A stretch of 64,000 nt of DNA, from positions 30,008,001-30,072,000 of the forward strand of contig CM022665.1 of the NCBI GenBank assembly GCA_012295275.1, in the 5' to 3' direction. This stretch comes from Chrysomallon squamiferum. Taxonomy: Eukaryota > Animalia > Mollusca. The notes under the pieces were generated by a model. It had not been told where the DNA came from, did no database searches, and worked only from the letters and a program-made list of their open reading frames with translations. The translations under genes were made by a program, and so were the position numbers. Shown here piece after piece: positions 10,721 to 33,787 of this stretch (positions are counted from its first letter, which is position 1; each line of letters opens with the position of its first letter).

Positions 10721-13340
10721 ATGACAAAAGGGTAAGCAAATTTGTATGTATATGATTTATATCTAAAATGCTATATTTCTCTGGTAATTAATTGTCAGTT
10801 AAATAAGAATAAATATTAGCCTACTGAATCTTTGTAACTTATAAGTATTGTATATAAATTGTGAATGATATATATCTACATTCTTTAGTTACTTCTCATG
10901 GACATATTTAACAATGTTTTAAAACCGCCGCCACCCCCTTTTTTTTTTTTTTTTTTTTTGTTCTCATTTTTTTAATGAAAAGTAGCGTTAATAACTAAGA
11001 ATTAGTAATGTTAATCAAATAATGGATGAAACTTTGAAATAAATGAAACACCTAGGAGAATGTAAAGCTTATTTTCTTTTCATTATCATCAGAAATATTT
11101 TGTTCAGGTGAAATTTAAATAAGACTTTAGGGTGCATGTTAAAGACAAGATAAATTTTAAGCCTGAAAATTGCATAAACCGAATAGAATATATTGAAAGC
11201 TTTATTGTTTCCATTTTAGAGAGAGTCTGTGGGACCTTGCCATTGAGCAAGAAAGAACCAACAAGCAAGGAAAAGGTATTCTAATTTTATTTTATTTTTA
11301 TTTTTTATTTAATACAATTTTGATCCTTTGTTACTTCTAAAAAAAATATGTTTAGAAATTATTATTTCCCTTTAGAATGAAAATCATTTATTTTAAATCT
11401 ATAACATGTTGATCTTTTTAATTATTCATTCAGTCAAAAAATAACAAAGAAAATCATTTTTAATTATTTATTTATTTATTATCTTCTTTTTTTAATCTTT
11501 TAATTTTAATTTTTATTATTGTTATTTAAAACAAAAAAATGTACTGAACAGCACTGAAAACACACTACCGGGTGATGGTAACAAATGTAAATGGGGCATA
11601 CATCAGCATATAAAATATCAATGAATAAGTACACTACTGTCTTTTAGATCATGTTTAAACAAATAACTTACAAAAACAATTGTATGAATACTCTTTGAAA
11701 CACAGTATCAAAACACAGTATATTGCATTCATTGCATGAAATGGATAAATTGAATGTGCAAATCATGTTCATTAGGGCTATAAAATATGACCTCTGAATA
11801 GCCACTTTCATTTATGAATAGACTTTGAAGGAATGTTAAACAGGTGATGGCAAACTTGACAGCTGAAGTATGAGTACGAGCATTAAGCATGCTTTAAGTC
11901 AGCATTTTGAGTAAAGTCATCACACAGTGATTTCAATGCAACCAATCAACAATCATTAGACTCCACAAGAGATACCAACAGACAGAAACCAACCATGTCT
12001 AGGCCAATAACATGCTGCAATACCACAACAATATTGTGATCAAACACTGGAAGCTGTCATGACTGCACCAACTACTCAAGGTCACAAAGGATTGATCACA
12101 CAGATACTGGACATCACCATCTTTGCTCTGCTGGGCTGGGTACTCTGCAACCATATGTTGGACCCATTCTTACTGATCAACACTGAAATGACAGTTGACA
12201 TTTGGCAGGAAAGTATTGGTCATAGGACATCAGGATGACGGCATGGTGTGCTATTCTCTGATGAATCCCCTGATGGTCAGTTACTGGTGTTGTGTAGATG
12301 TGGAAAATATTACCGCATTGATTAGGGTAGAGGGAGTTTCATGTGGGTCAGGATCGGTTATCATCACTGGTTTCATCACAATTGCACTCCTTTTTTGCCA
12401 TGGCAGAATGAATGCCATTTACTTCCAGGATAACATCTTGCAAAATCCTTCTTTATACAGCATTGGGGTATGCACAGATTTCAACAAGAAAATGCTCAAA
12501 AATACACACAGCACATGATACAACATAGTATCTAGCAAACAACAATGTCCTTTTTCTTGAATGGCCAGCACTGTCCATTGATTTATCGCCAATAGAGCAT
12601 CTTTGGGATCACCTTGGTCATCACATCTAACAACCTTTTAGAGAACTGTAAAAACAATACAGCAGGAATGGAATGCTGTCCCCCAGAATACTATTTGCAG
12701 TCTTATCAGGTCAGTTAGAAGACACTGCATCATTTGTGTTGCTGCTGATGGTTGTTACATGTGCTATTGACTTTTCATTGTACATGAATTAAAACTAGTC
12801 AATGATTATGCATCCTTTTTTATTTTTGTCATTATCAATCATCCATCTATTGCTGTTCACACAAAAAACATTTATTCTTTTGTTCAGGTATTCTTTTCAA
12901 AATCCCAACATTTTTGGGTGGTGCATTTTCAGTGCTGTTCGGTATATAATTTTAATTATATATTTTTTTTAAATTTATTTATTCATTACACTGAATTTAA
13001 TTTTTTAAGTATTTGTTATTTTTTTTCTCTCCCATTTTATCAGGTGATGGTCAAAGTGAAGATTCAGCAGTATTTATTGTTGGCAGCAAAAATTCAGTAT
13101 GAACCTTAATTTAAAACTGTTTTTATTTTATTTTATTTTTAGATTCTTAAGAGAAATATGCTAGATTATTATTTAGCAACAAAACTGTATTTATATCATT
13201 TCAGTTTTATTGGAAACAAATTCCAACAATAATTTGTTTATATGCCATTTGGTTTTCTTCTTTTTTTACATTTAACAAATAAATAAATTGTACCAGGGGT
13301 ATAATAAAACCCTGAATTAAAATTTATTGTAAATGTTTAT

Positions 13341-13378
<38 letters not shown>

Positions 13379-13475
13379 TTATTCACATTGTTTTGGGATT
13401 TTTTATTACAGGGGAAAACATCAATCATACTTCGATTTTTGGACAGGTATATTTATATTTTTAATCATTATTGTT

Positions 13476-13536
<61 letters not shown>

Positions 13537-16500
13537 GCATTAAAAATAGCAAATATTACAACTAATATTATTTTTTTTGTCAGCATTAATTTAATTAAAA
13601 ATTGGGCACATTGTACATAATAATATCATGAAATTATACCATTCATTAATGAATATCATCTAACATTTTAACACATTTAACTGATTATTGTGTGATCTAG
13701 ATTCATGCAGGTTTTGTTTTAGAAAGGTCTTCATGTAATTCATGTTTTATATATTTGAAAATGTCCTTCTTGAGCTATTGCTTACTCATCTGTTACAGAG
13801 AGGAAGCCCCTAAACCCACTGTGGCTCTAGAATACACTTTTGGACGCAGGACCAAAGGCCACAATATTGTAAGTGATTTCACTAATGACTGAAACATTAA
13901 CTTAACAACTTTGAAATATGATTTACTGTGCCTAGAGGGTAAAGGCTATTTGTTAATACAATATTTTGATTGTGAGAAACCTTTGCAACCTCAAGAGAAC
14001 AATATAATCAAGAAAAAGTAGAAAACAGATTAATAACATTGCAGTTTAAATTTTTTTCTTTTTTTTTTTTCTTTAGTTTTCATAGAAACTGATGATTGAA
14101 AACATCACTGAACAGCTAAAAAAAAAAAAAATAGACATTTGTTTTTAATTATCTGTGTTGTAATATTTTTTTTACTATTATTATTATTATTTATTTATTT
14201 ATCTTTTATTTTCTGTTGTGACTTGTATCCAAAGGCTAAAGATGTTGGTCACATCTGGGAATTGGGAGGTGGAACCTGGCTGGCAAAACTGATGGATATT
14301 CCTATCAATCTAGACACCATAATGTAAGCTTGGAAATGACTTATTCTAGCCTTTTGATCTATTCTAAATGGAGTTATCTCTCTTTGTTTCATTGCTAAAT
14401 TTTTGTGACATTTCAAATTCCATACAGAAATGGATAATTATCAAAAGGCCTAAATTATTTAAAGAAATATTAACTATTTCACAATTTTGGAAAGATAAAG
14501 GAAACTAAACTGACATTATGTTTTGTCCATATTCTTTGACTTCTCATTTGAAAATAATTACTTGTGAATGTAATTTGCAGGCAGACTACATTAATCATTG
14601 TCTTAGATTTATCTTCACCAAATGAGTTGTGGTTCACACTGGAGACTCTGCTGAATGCAGCAAAAGCTCGAATTGAAACTGTGATAACAGAAATGAAGAA
14701 CACAGAACCCAACATCAGAGAAAAACTTAAAGAAAAAGCTTGGCAAAGAATTGGGCCCGATCATCCTGTTAGTTTTATATTCTTTTTAAATATTAATTAT
14801 GTATACAACTACAAACTGTAGCTTCTTTTTATATGCTTGAAAGTTACCAGCACCATGTTTACCTGTCTAATGTTTTCATAATCAGTGAATAACACAACAT
14901 TTCTAAAATCTGTCACAACAGCCATCACATAAGTGCCTGTTAAAACATTACAAAATAAGTCTGAGTAAAATAGAAATATTTGAAATTTATTGAAGCAAAA
15001 TTGTTTTTAGTCAATCACAGTACTAATTTAAGAAAACATTTGACTTTTAGGTAAAATCAAACACAGAAAGAAATATTTTAATAAGAAGAATTTTATTAAT
15101 TTATATAAATTGAACTCTATTTGAATTGCAACAAAATGTTGTTGTTTTTTCTTTTAATTTTTGTTTTTGTTTTTTAAGGACAAGAGCCTTATTGATCCAT
15201 TTCTGATACCACTGGTTATAGTAGGCAGCAAATATGACATTTTTCAGGTATGTGCAGTCAACATTTTCCTTTGATTCTCTTGGAAATTATTTACTTATGA
15301 TACTGATTTGATATAAAATATTTTGTCCTTGCTAAATGTATTCTTTATTTGAAATGGAAATGTATTTAGCTCTATTTATATATATATATATATTTTTATT
15401 TTTAATTTTTAGTCCAGAAAAACAGTGTATTCTGTTTTCACATTTAAAAAGTACATTATAATTTTAGGACTTTGATCCTGAGAAGAGAAAAGTCATATGT
15501 AAAACACTGAGATTTTTTGCTCATGTTCATGGTGCATCTATACAGGTATATAACCATTTAAAACTTTAAACAAATATTATTTGTATTTTCTTTTTATATA
15601 TAATATTCTTTTCATTATTTTTATTTTTATATTTATTTTTTAATCTTTAATGTATTGATTTCTGTATGTATCAATAAAAAAATATATATTACAATTTTTT
15701 TATAATTTTATTTATTAATTAATATGAAATGTAATCTTTTTGGCTTGCAGTATGTTTGCAGATTATATATATATATATCAGTGTTCACAAATTAATGGGG
15801 ATTTTTTGTATATAATGCAAGTTGTTGGTCAAGGTTTTCCAAGTTTGAAATTTCATTAATATATATATATATATGTATATGTCTATTTACATTAACTTTT
15901 TCAGTTCTTCAGTACAAAAATTGACCAGCTAGTGAAAAAGACACAAGCTGTTATCAGTCATCATTTGTTTGGAATTAACTTAAGGTGAGCAACATTTTAA
16001 ATATGTTATTATCTTATTCTGTTTTAAAACAGTCTTGTTTTCATGTCATTTTTAACATGTCTTTACTGTTTGATAAATAAATATATTTTTGTAATTATTA
16101 AAAAGTTCTTTCAGAATATAAATAAAATATATTTTAGTTGTAAATTTGCAAATATTTCAGACTGCATATATGGAAATGCATTTTCAGACAATTCAAACAA
16201 ATGTATCTAATTTGGATTAGTTCATTAATTTTTTTAAAGTAATTAATATTCATATATAGATATTTAATGATATTTACTTAATTGTTCAGTAAAACCTTAC
16301 ATGTGGAGATGAACAAACCATTGATTGTACCATTTGGGCTTGATTCAGTTCAGCAGATTGGTAAGTAGCCATTGTTAAAATCAAAAATATACTTGCATAA
16401 ATTGTTTTTCTAAATTGTTTTTAATTAATAAAAATTTTGTATTAGTGCTTTGTCTAATAACAAAATAAAACCTTTACTGACATTTATATTTTAAATTAAT

Positions 16501-17836
16501 ATTATAGTAATGTACATGATCTCAATAAAGACATTAAAAATGTAAAGTAAATTTAATCCATATTATTGTTTGAAGTATTAATAATCAGTTAATAAATGTT
16601 ATTTATTTTGTTTTGTGTGTGAGTGTTTTAAAAAATAAGATCGTTTTTCCCTTTCTAACAGGTAACCCACCAATATCAGATCAAGACATAGGCAGAGTGC
16701 ATGCAAAGTAAGTTTATTAATTTCTAATGTATCTGTGTTCATTACCTTTGTTAAAGTTTAATTGTAAATTATAAATATTAATGCTTAATTTAAAAAACAA
16801 ATAATATATATGTATATTATTAATAGATTTAATATTAACTTTTTGTTGTTTACTTTATTCTAGGACACCTTTGGAGCTCTGGAAAGTAGCTTACACAGGA
16901 TATTTTCCTCAGGAGGTATTATTAAAGATTTTAAATGTTTTGCTTACATTATTTTTTAAATTAATTTCTCTTTTTTTTTTTTCTTCTTCTTTTTAGTTAA
17001 TTAAATATATAAAGACTAAAAATATATTTGATTCTTCACTTTTGTTAAAGAACTATTCTAAGATTACTATCATAATTTTAAAAATTAATTTTAATTTTAT
17101 CTTTTATAGGTCTATATTTGTAAATAGCTTGTTGTCATCTTCATCATTATTACTATTATTATCTTCTATTTTTTTCCTTTTTTTTAATTTATTTATTTTT
17201 TGTTTTATTTTTTGTTTTATTTTTTCAGAAAACAAACAATCCAGCTTTGGTGGAAGATCCTGCAAAAGACCCACAATTTGCTGAACCTGCCATTGATGCA
17301 CTACGAGCTCAGAAAGATGATGTGAGATCACTATAGTTTAAATTAATTAAATCTTCAGTTCATGTGTATGAGTTCATGTATACATCTGTGACATTTCTAT
17401 GTTGTTCTATTAAGGCACAAACAAAAAACTTGAGGCTACAAATAGCTTTGAAACAACTGATCTTGATTCTTGACAGACATTAATAGTATTTGCACATTAC
17501 AGTATAGCATTTTTTTTTTTTTAAACTAAATATAATCTAATATGAAAGCATCAGAACTTTGATGTTGTCTGTGTAAAAATAATGTAAGATAAAGAAGTAA
17601 TTGAAAAACAAAAAAATCAAAACTATCATTTTATCAACTTCCAGCGCCTTTTCCTTTTCTCACTGAATTATTTCAGAATTCATCATTCAATGTTGTATCT
17701 TAAAATTAATAACTAATTTGTAAAGAGATCATCTTTTTATAACTATTAACACTATGAACTGATTTTTTTTCTTCAGGAACTGGAAAGATATCGGAGGTTA
17801 TCTGAACGAAGAGCTAAGGATGCTGGTTTGATTTGA
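10721..17836 (+). CDS. DYNC2LI1: Cytoplasmic dynein 2 light intermediate chain 1 (retrograde IFT dynein subunit), 15 exons, 349 aa
   Basis: Exons 10721-10731, 11220-11275, 13044-13096, 13412-13446, 13799-13868, 14235-14323, 14581-14767, 15179-15247, 15468-15545, 15905-15984, 16290-16360, 16662-16707, 16864-16915, 17229-17321, 17777-17836 sum to 1050 nt in frame. Protein: ESLWDLA..., P-loop [125 protein letters not shown] at 17969. Confidence 0.95.
11542..12944 (+). mobile_element. Decayed Tc1-family DNA transposon in DYNC2LI1 intron 2
   Basis: ~28-bp imperfect TIRs (TACTGAACAGCACTGAAAACACACTACC ... GGTGGTGCATTTTCAGTGCTGTTCGGTA). Frameshifted transposase motifs FSDES (~12255), FQQENA (~12480), [16 protein letters not shown] (~12562) and [23 protein letters not shown]...Y* (~12660-12770). 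Confidence 0.9.
13477..13535. repeat. (ATT)n microsatellite
   Basis: About 19 ATT units in DYNC2LI1 intron 4. Confidence 0.95.
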
Positions 17837-19587
17837 AAGAGACAGTTAGGAATGTAAAAACATTCAAAGTACACTGATCCTTCTTTTCTCCACACATGTG
17901 TTGGTCCAAAATGTCTGTAAACGTTCACTATATTTGTATGCTCTAATAGTATAATATTTATTTTCTTTAATAAAAATATGTTTTTGAAGCAAAAATTTCA
18001 TTTATGAATGTTTATCTTGTTAAAATATTAACGTTTATTGTCCAAGTGATTATAGCAATGTGTTTAATTATTAAGTGAGCAAACATGTTTAAATGTTTTG
18101 TTATTAAATCTATCTAACTTGGATTATGAAATGTGTATGTTTGTTTTAAACATAATTAAAAATTCTATGAAGTTTTAATGCTTGACAGCTGATTCACTTT
18201 TCAATTTCATGTTTATGTTGTTTTTGTAAAACTAGATATTTTTATTTTATAATGTTTTTTTTTGTTGTTTTCTTCACTTTATAATGAAGCTCATTTCATT
18301 TTGGTAGTGTCCCTTCCTTTCTAAAATTCTAAGTTACAAATTAATTTCATTCTAGAACTTTGAGAAATTTTCTTACCTAATGATATAGCTTTACTTTTTA
18401 GTGTTTTTTTCAAAAGGGTTTGACAAGATGAGATCCAAAACAAAAAGCAGGGATTAGTAGTTATTTTAAAATAAACAAACAAAGACTGAAAGTTAAGTTT
18501 TATCAGTTGTGAAAGTATTAATTTTATTGTTTTTACTTTCATAGAGCTGTTTACCATAATTGATTTTCATAATTGTTATCTCCCCTGATTCAGAAAGCAT
18601 TATGTTTTATTAAACAGAATGTTAAATCATATAAAAAAAAGTAAAAGAAACTATCTTTTATTATTTATTTATTTATCATTTAAATGTATTTTTAGGCTGA
18701 TAGATAATGTAAGAAGATTAAGAAAACAGGAGATGGAGGATTTTAATCTTTTTATTTAATTTTTTAATTATTATTTTTTTATTAGGCAGGCAACACAAGT
18801 TACTGATGACTGGTCTGTCTGTGCCATTAGTAGATTTTTAATAATTGTTTTTATTATATATATATATATATATCACTCACCTTTCACAGAAGTAATAGAT
18901 ATATTAATGGAAGTTTATAATAAGAAACTGCATCTTGCATCCTTGGTGACAAATAATATAATTTAATATTTAAACATTCTTCATTACATATACATCAAAA
19001 GAAATTAATTTAGGTACAAAACAGGATTTCTGCAATTAAATAAAAATTTAAAAACAAAAGTGTTAATTCCTCTTAGAACAGATGATGTAAATATGTAAAT
19101 TAATATTATTTATCCAAACATACCTAAATTATATATTCTTGCAATTTTTATTTTTTTATTATTATTTTTTTATTATTATTTTATTATTATTATTAAGTTA
19201 CTGTTATTACTGTTTTGAATATTGTGTTTTTGTGATATTTAAAATATGTTATTTAGACCGGTTTTTGTTTATTTTGTTAGACTGTTAATTATAAAGGAGA
19301 CAAATTTTTGTTAAAACTTTTTATTAATATTAATTTGTATTTTTCCTTCTGTGTTCAGAATTTGCTTATCAGATTTATAAGTTTACATTTAACAATACTC
19401 CAGTGAAAGCATTCTGAAAATTACTAAGACATACATTTTATTCTTTGAATGTATTATTTAAACTAGGCACTTTTATGTATATTCATTATTCAGCATATAC
19501 TGAAAATTGATTGTTTTTATAAAACTGATTCCACTTACAAAATTTACTCTGTTGTTCCTGTTGAATAATGTAATTTTTCATTATCTA

Positions 19588-19650
19588 GCCATGGGGCACC
19601 TGCTGGAAAGGGAAATAGCCCAATGAACCACACTGTATCTTGGAAGGTGT
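19588..19650 (-). mobile_element. Short SINE-like remnant
   Basis: gggcacctgctggaaagggaaatagcccaatgaaccac resembles, from memory, part of an abundant gastropod tRNA-derived SINE; not verified by alignment. Confidence 0.35.
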
Positions 19651-20379
19651 CTTAGGAAACAAACTGTCAGTGAAACAGCTGGCTTAGTTATTAAAATCTC
19701 ATCATAGGCACAATTTTATAGTGATTGTTTATCAGTCAGGTTAAACAGTTGCTGATAAAACAAATAAATTATATCTTGTGTTAATTTTCATTATTTGAAG
19801 CGAATATCCATTGCACAAATCATTCATCATTTGTTAAGTTATTTTTGTAAGGGTGTTCTGGGACCTTTTGGGGGGGAGGGTTTATTGTTTTTTTGTGGGG
19901 TTGTTTGTTTTTATTTATTTATTTTTTTTTTTTAATTTGTTGATGTTATTGTTGCTTGGTTATTTTTTCATTATTTACTGATTTTTTATTTATTATTATT
20001 ATTTATTATTTTTTTTTTTTTTTAAATTATTGTTAATATTATTATTATTATTATTTTGTATTATTTTTAATAAATTGAACAAAAAGAAGATAAAACAGTG
20101 GTTTAAAAAGGAATCCCTAACCAAAAACAAACAACACTAAACAGACGTTGTATAAGGATTTATTTGTAGGTTAAACGAGTCATCCAGAGATGGCAAATAA
20201 TGATATCTAGTTCAACAACATTATCAGGTGATGGCGATAATACTGCCTTGTTCAGTATCATCCAAAGTACATCAGCATAATATTTCACAATGCTTTTATC
20301 ATCAATGACTTCATTCGTAAAAGATAAAATAAAATAGTTTTCTTAAAAATACACGACAGTGATACACATATTTTATTTT

Positions 20380-20425
20380 CCTTTATTTCATAATCTTTTT
20401 ACTTGAGTTGGAAACGCAGATACAG
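20380..20425 (+). other. Probable non-coding first exon of the mucin-like gene (5' end approximate)
   Basis: Strong donor CAG|GTGAGA at 20426 in a locally CpG-richer patch. The next acceptor, ttttcacag at 21260, lies just upstream of the ATG at 21265. Confidence 0.55.
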
Positions 20426-20729
20426 GTGAGAAATTTTAGAATGTTTATTTTAATTGTTTTAATTTTCCGGCGGGTATTGTTTCAGAGGACGAAAAATAAA
20501 TTGCCGTAGTGTTACGAAATAAAAGATAGCAAATGTTACAACACGCCAACATATTAAATATATAAAGTTGAATTTTACGTTTTATTCAATCGACATAATA
20601 ATGTTTGTAATATACAGATCCTACGTGCTACTGTAAATAAATCATATACATACGTATACACTAAATATAAATTTTTAAATATATACACATATACCTTACC
20701 ACCCACTCTCTCGATCACACATGAGTAGA

Positions 20730-20772
<43 letters not shown>

Positions 20773-21156
20773 ACCAACAAGTAAATAAATATTTACAGTT
20801 TTGAAAAGCTAAGACTGCAGTATTTACATTTCATTCAAAATATTTGATGTTGAGTCAAGGAAGGTTAATCCAAGTTGGTTGCTTCGATTGTGTTTGGTTT
20901 ATTTCGTTATTGTTATTTCTTTATTTTCTAATTAATTCACTTAATTCATTACGGTAATCTGTATCTAACATAAATGTAATAATAATAAAAATATATGCGA
21001 CGTTGCAGAAGAAACAAAAAGATACAAAAGTTCACATACTAGTAGACCTGTTACACAAGAATGAAAGCTATTATTAATCAATATACAGTGTGTAAATAAT
21101 AATAATAATAACAGTAAGAAAAAGAAGAAGAAATAAAAATAATAAATAATACAAAA

Positions 21157-21187
<31 letters not shown>

Positions 21188-21190
21188 AAC

Positions 21191-21239
<49 letters not shown>

Positions 21240-21264
21240 TAATTACTATGTTTTTCACAGACAA

Positions 21265-29827
<8,563 letters not shown>

Positions 29828-32800
29828 TCTTCTAAACTGTTCTACTCATCTGTTTATTAGATGGTTCTAACAGATCAGTGTGTGCATACATCTCTCTCTC
29901 TCTCTCTGTTTTGAATAATAGTTCATTATAAATCATCTTTATTACAAATATCTATAATGTCTGCAAATATAAATATGCATATATAAATACGTGTATATAA
30001 ATACTTGCAGATACATATATACACACACATACCCATTTGTGTTGAAAGCACGCGCACACATACATACACACATTTTTATTCATAAATTCCTAAAGAACAT
30101 TTCCTCTTCTTTTTTCAAATCTGAAAGTAGAAAGATATATTATATATATTATGTAGTAATTATAAAGAATGAAACGTATAATGTACGTTAAATTAAAAAA
30201 AAAAAAAAAAAAAAATAATAATAATAATTTCCTAAATTTAACAAAAAATGATGATCGATTATTTTTGAAACACATAATGCATTGTGCATAACAATTAATT
30301 TTTTTTTGATTATTTGCAGACCTTTTTAATCAATGAAGCATTGTTAAAATCGTGTATTTTTGTACATTATTCACTAACAGTAATTATTTTAATCTTCATA
30401 GCTTAGTTCAGTGATTCGAATTAAAATAATTTCACAGTGAAATTAAATTGACAAATGAGAATTAAACGAAACATGACAGTAATGTAATCATCATACTGTC
30501 TCAGCTAAATTCAAATTTCTTATTTATTTTGTTATACGTTTTATGTTTTGTTGTTTGTACTGTTTTATGCTTGTCATTTTTTAAATCTATTTCAATAACA
30601 AGTTTTAAAAGTTCAAGAAGATAATATTCGTTATTTTTTTATATACAATTATGATTGCTAGTGTACACGTATTTCTATGTAAAAAAAAAAAAAAAAAAAA
30701 AAAATATATATATATACATGTGTAACAGTAATTGCTATTAAGATGTGTAAATAATGTTAGAACGATTATTAAAATACATCCAGCATAATATGTCGCCTAT
30801 ATTAATTTTAGCTTATTATTATTTGAAATATATAAATAAAAAAATTATAATCATTTTGTAAATAAAAATACTGGCTCGTTTCTTTCATTCATTATATACA
30901 TATATATTATATCATTTGACTAATATTTAGTTTACATAAAGCATACATCACCATGTACTGTTTAATTTGCTAATAAAAAATAACTGAAAATAATTACTGT
31001 CTGTTGATGATACACATAAACAAAACGACCTACTCATATGTTACTTAAAAATGATATATTACTTATGTTTTTCAGGATCGGTTAACATTATTACTATTTC
31101 GAAGTACTGGAATATGAAGAAGAAAAGATTAGAAATAAAAATAAAAATTAAAAATTAAAAATAAAATAAAATAAAATAAAATAAAATAAAATAAAATAAA
31201 ATTAATAAAAATTATTATTATATTATTGCAGCATACATGCATTACATGGGCCCGAAGTATGCCTATGCCTTCATAAAATACATGTGTTACAGAAGAAGAC
31301 AAACAAAGAAAGTAAAATAAAGCCAGCTTTCTTACTTAGAGTTCTTTATTCCTATTTATTTTTATGGTCATTATTACTACTACATAGCTTTCTATTTATT
31401 TCTGTTTATTTATTTATAATTTTTAAATTTTGTTTTCCTTAAACATGCCTTATTGCTCGATGGTTAAACTGCCAGATCTTTTTTTCTCATGCGCATTCAC
31501 TGAGCCAGTTTGTGTTTAAGCACATACACTGTGAAAAAGATTGGTTATCTCACTTAACAGAGGCATCTCAGGCTGTTCCCTTGGGCTTACCTTGATATTT
31601 AAGGCCTGAAAATAAAATAAATGTAACATATGAATTTTACTGAGTCATTCCTTTTATACATTGTTCTCTGTTTAAACCTTCTTCTTCTTCTTTTTTTTCT
31701 TTTTTTTTTTGAAAAGCTTTTCTCCTTTTTGATAGAAATTCTGGCTATAAACTCTACTGTCATTAATACAAAATCACGAAGATACAGTTGTTGTACAGCA
31801 TCATGTTGTAAATATCAATACATGTATTATTTAACTGAAAAATAAAACTAAGCGGTTGACGTTAATGAGAAAATCAATGTACAGAATGGAAGGAGCTTGA
31901 TAATATCACTGTCTTTGGAATCTGCATATAGCATCTTAACTGCAACATGGGATTGGAAATGTGTCTGCCTTGTAACAATGTACGTCATCAGATATAGCAA
32001 AATGTTAGCAATGACGCGTACGTGGCTAAAAGACCACAGAACACACACAAATATACGCAGAAACACGAACACTCACACACAGACATACACACAGACGAAC
32101 ACAGACGAACACAGAAACACAGTCATATCTACCTCAACACGTATTGCAGAGTGGGAAACAAAAGTATATTATCACCGACTTCAGCCTCATTGATTCTTCT
32201 GTCACATTTTCGTAGCTTTGTCGAAACCGGCGGGCTACATGGTCAGATTAAAAATAATTCATGTACGCAGAGGCAATACTTTTACGATTTGTACCTTCAG
32301 CTTAAAGATTAATAACAACAACAACAATAATAATAATACAAATTTACAAAAATTAAATAAATTAAAATAGATTAATGAAAGAAAGAAAGAAAATGCAATT
32401 TAAAAAACGAAGAAAAAAAAAAAAAAGAGAGATAAAATTTCTGAAGGTAGGAAGACTAAAATTTGATTGAAAGCACCATAATGTCGATCCCCAAAAAACT
32501 GTAATTGTTAAGCAAGAAGATAAATATATAAACAAGTTTTTGTTTCTTATTCTTTCAGCTTTAGGGAGTAAAATGGAAACGTTAAAATCAAATTATTTAA
32601 AAAAAAATAAAAAAAAATAAAAATATATTTTTTATTTTTTAAATTCGATTGATAAAAGAAACCTGCTAATCAAAAGAATTAAGAAACTATTGAATGCAAG
32701 CATGTACACGTATGCTCTCATAAATGTGGAAAATAATAAATAAATAAACAAATACAAAATACGAAGAAAAAGGTAAAAAAGGCAATTAACGAACATTAAA

Positions 32801-33439
32801 ACGGTTTTATTGTTATAAAAGTGGAAAATGTACTTCTTTATAAAAATTATTTGTACATCTGTCTATATTTAATTTATAAAATTAGCTAATTGTCACCCAT
32901 ATGATGTTGATGCAACCTAAATCATAACCATATTTCTGATTACGCACCAAGTCATTAATATTTCAAGTACAAATCTCTGGGGTACAAAATGAACATTGGT
33001 CGGTGTCAGCCACAGGGCAAAGTCTCTGCGAGTAAACAGTTAATACAGTTGACATAACCTTTCTCTGTTATGTCAGTTACGATGGAATTGCATAATACAG
33101 TCATGGCTAGCCTATTAGTATTACCATTATAATTTTTTAAATGCATGCTCATTTTAAATACTTGTTAAAATAACTATTTTTCTGTCTGTCTGTATGGATG
33201 TTGTTTCGTTGAATTCAATTACTATACTAATGTGAGGATGTCTAGTACGTTTAACTGCAATCTTACGTCAGCAGCTGTCATTCATTATTAAATTAATACA
33301 TTTAAAACATACATCTTTCAAACAAATTTATTTTAAAATTAGAGTAAAAGTAATCATTCGATGCAAATAAAAAATAATAAAAAAATAATAAAAAAATATA
33401 CAAACACCAAAACCCTCCATCTGAATTTTTAACAGCAGA

Positions 33440-33787
33440 ACTGCTCGAGGAAAATGGGCGGGGCATGGGTGCTTTTCAAGAGTTGCACATGCGCATTTGC
33501 GAAGTCAAAGAGTACCTTTGCAGAACTAGTGAGGATTTTTTTGGAATCACAAGTCTTTTTTATATTTCGAAATTAATTTGGAACCAAATTTGATACGTTA
33601 TCGAGTTTATTATCAGTGTCTAATATTTAGAATTACGTCACCCGGTTATTATTTTTTATCCTAAGTGCGGGTACTGACATTTGAGGGTGTCGAACGATGA
33701 ATAAGCGATTGATCATCCGATACTGACATCTCATGAATTGAGGTTATTAATAAACAGCTATAAGCGGATTTAATCATTTACTTTCAG
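33440..33787 (+). promoter_or_regulatory. numb: numb distal promoter and non-coding exon 1
   Basis: CpG-enriched zone with GC box GGGCGGGG (33456) and NRF1-like GCACATGCGCA (33484). Strong donor CAG|GTAAGG at 33788. Downstream are YY1-like AAATATGGC (33892), ETS CCGGAAGT (34032) and a second donor CAG|GTAACG (34084). Assignment to numb is inferred from orientation and the absence of another gene. Confidence 0.6.

Noticed and set aside
20200-20310. Minus-strand TGATGA...CTGA...GATGA...CTGA pattern resembling a C/D box snoRNA
   Set aside because: No proper terminal stem, no convincing rRNA guide match and no host intron on that strand.
20965-21264. Poly-Leu ORF, and similar poly-L/I/Y/K/F ORFs at 27315, 28997, 39177 and 60666
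   Set aside because: Translations of (AAT)n, (CTA)n, (GAT)n microsatellites and homopolymer runs.
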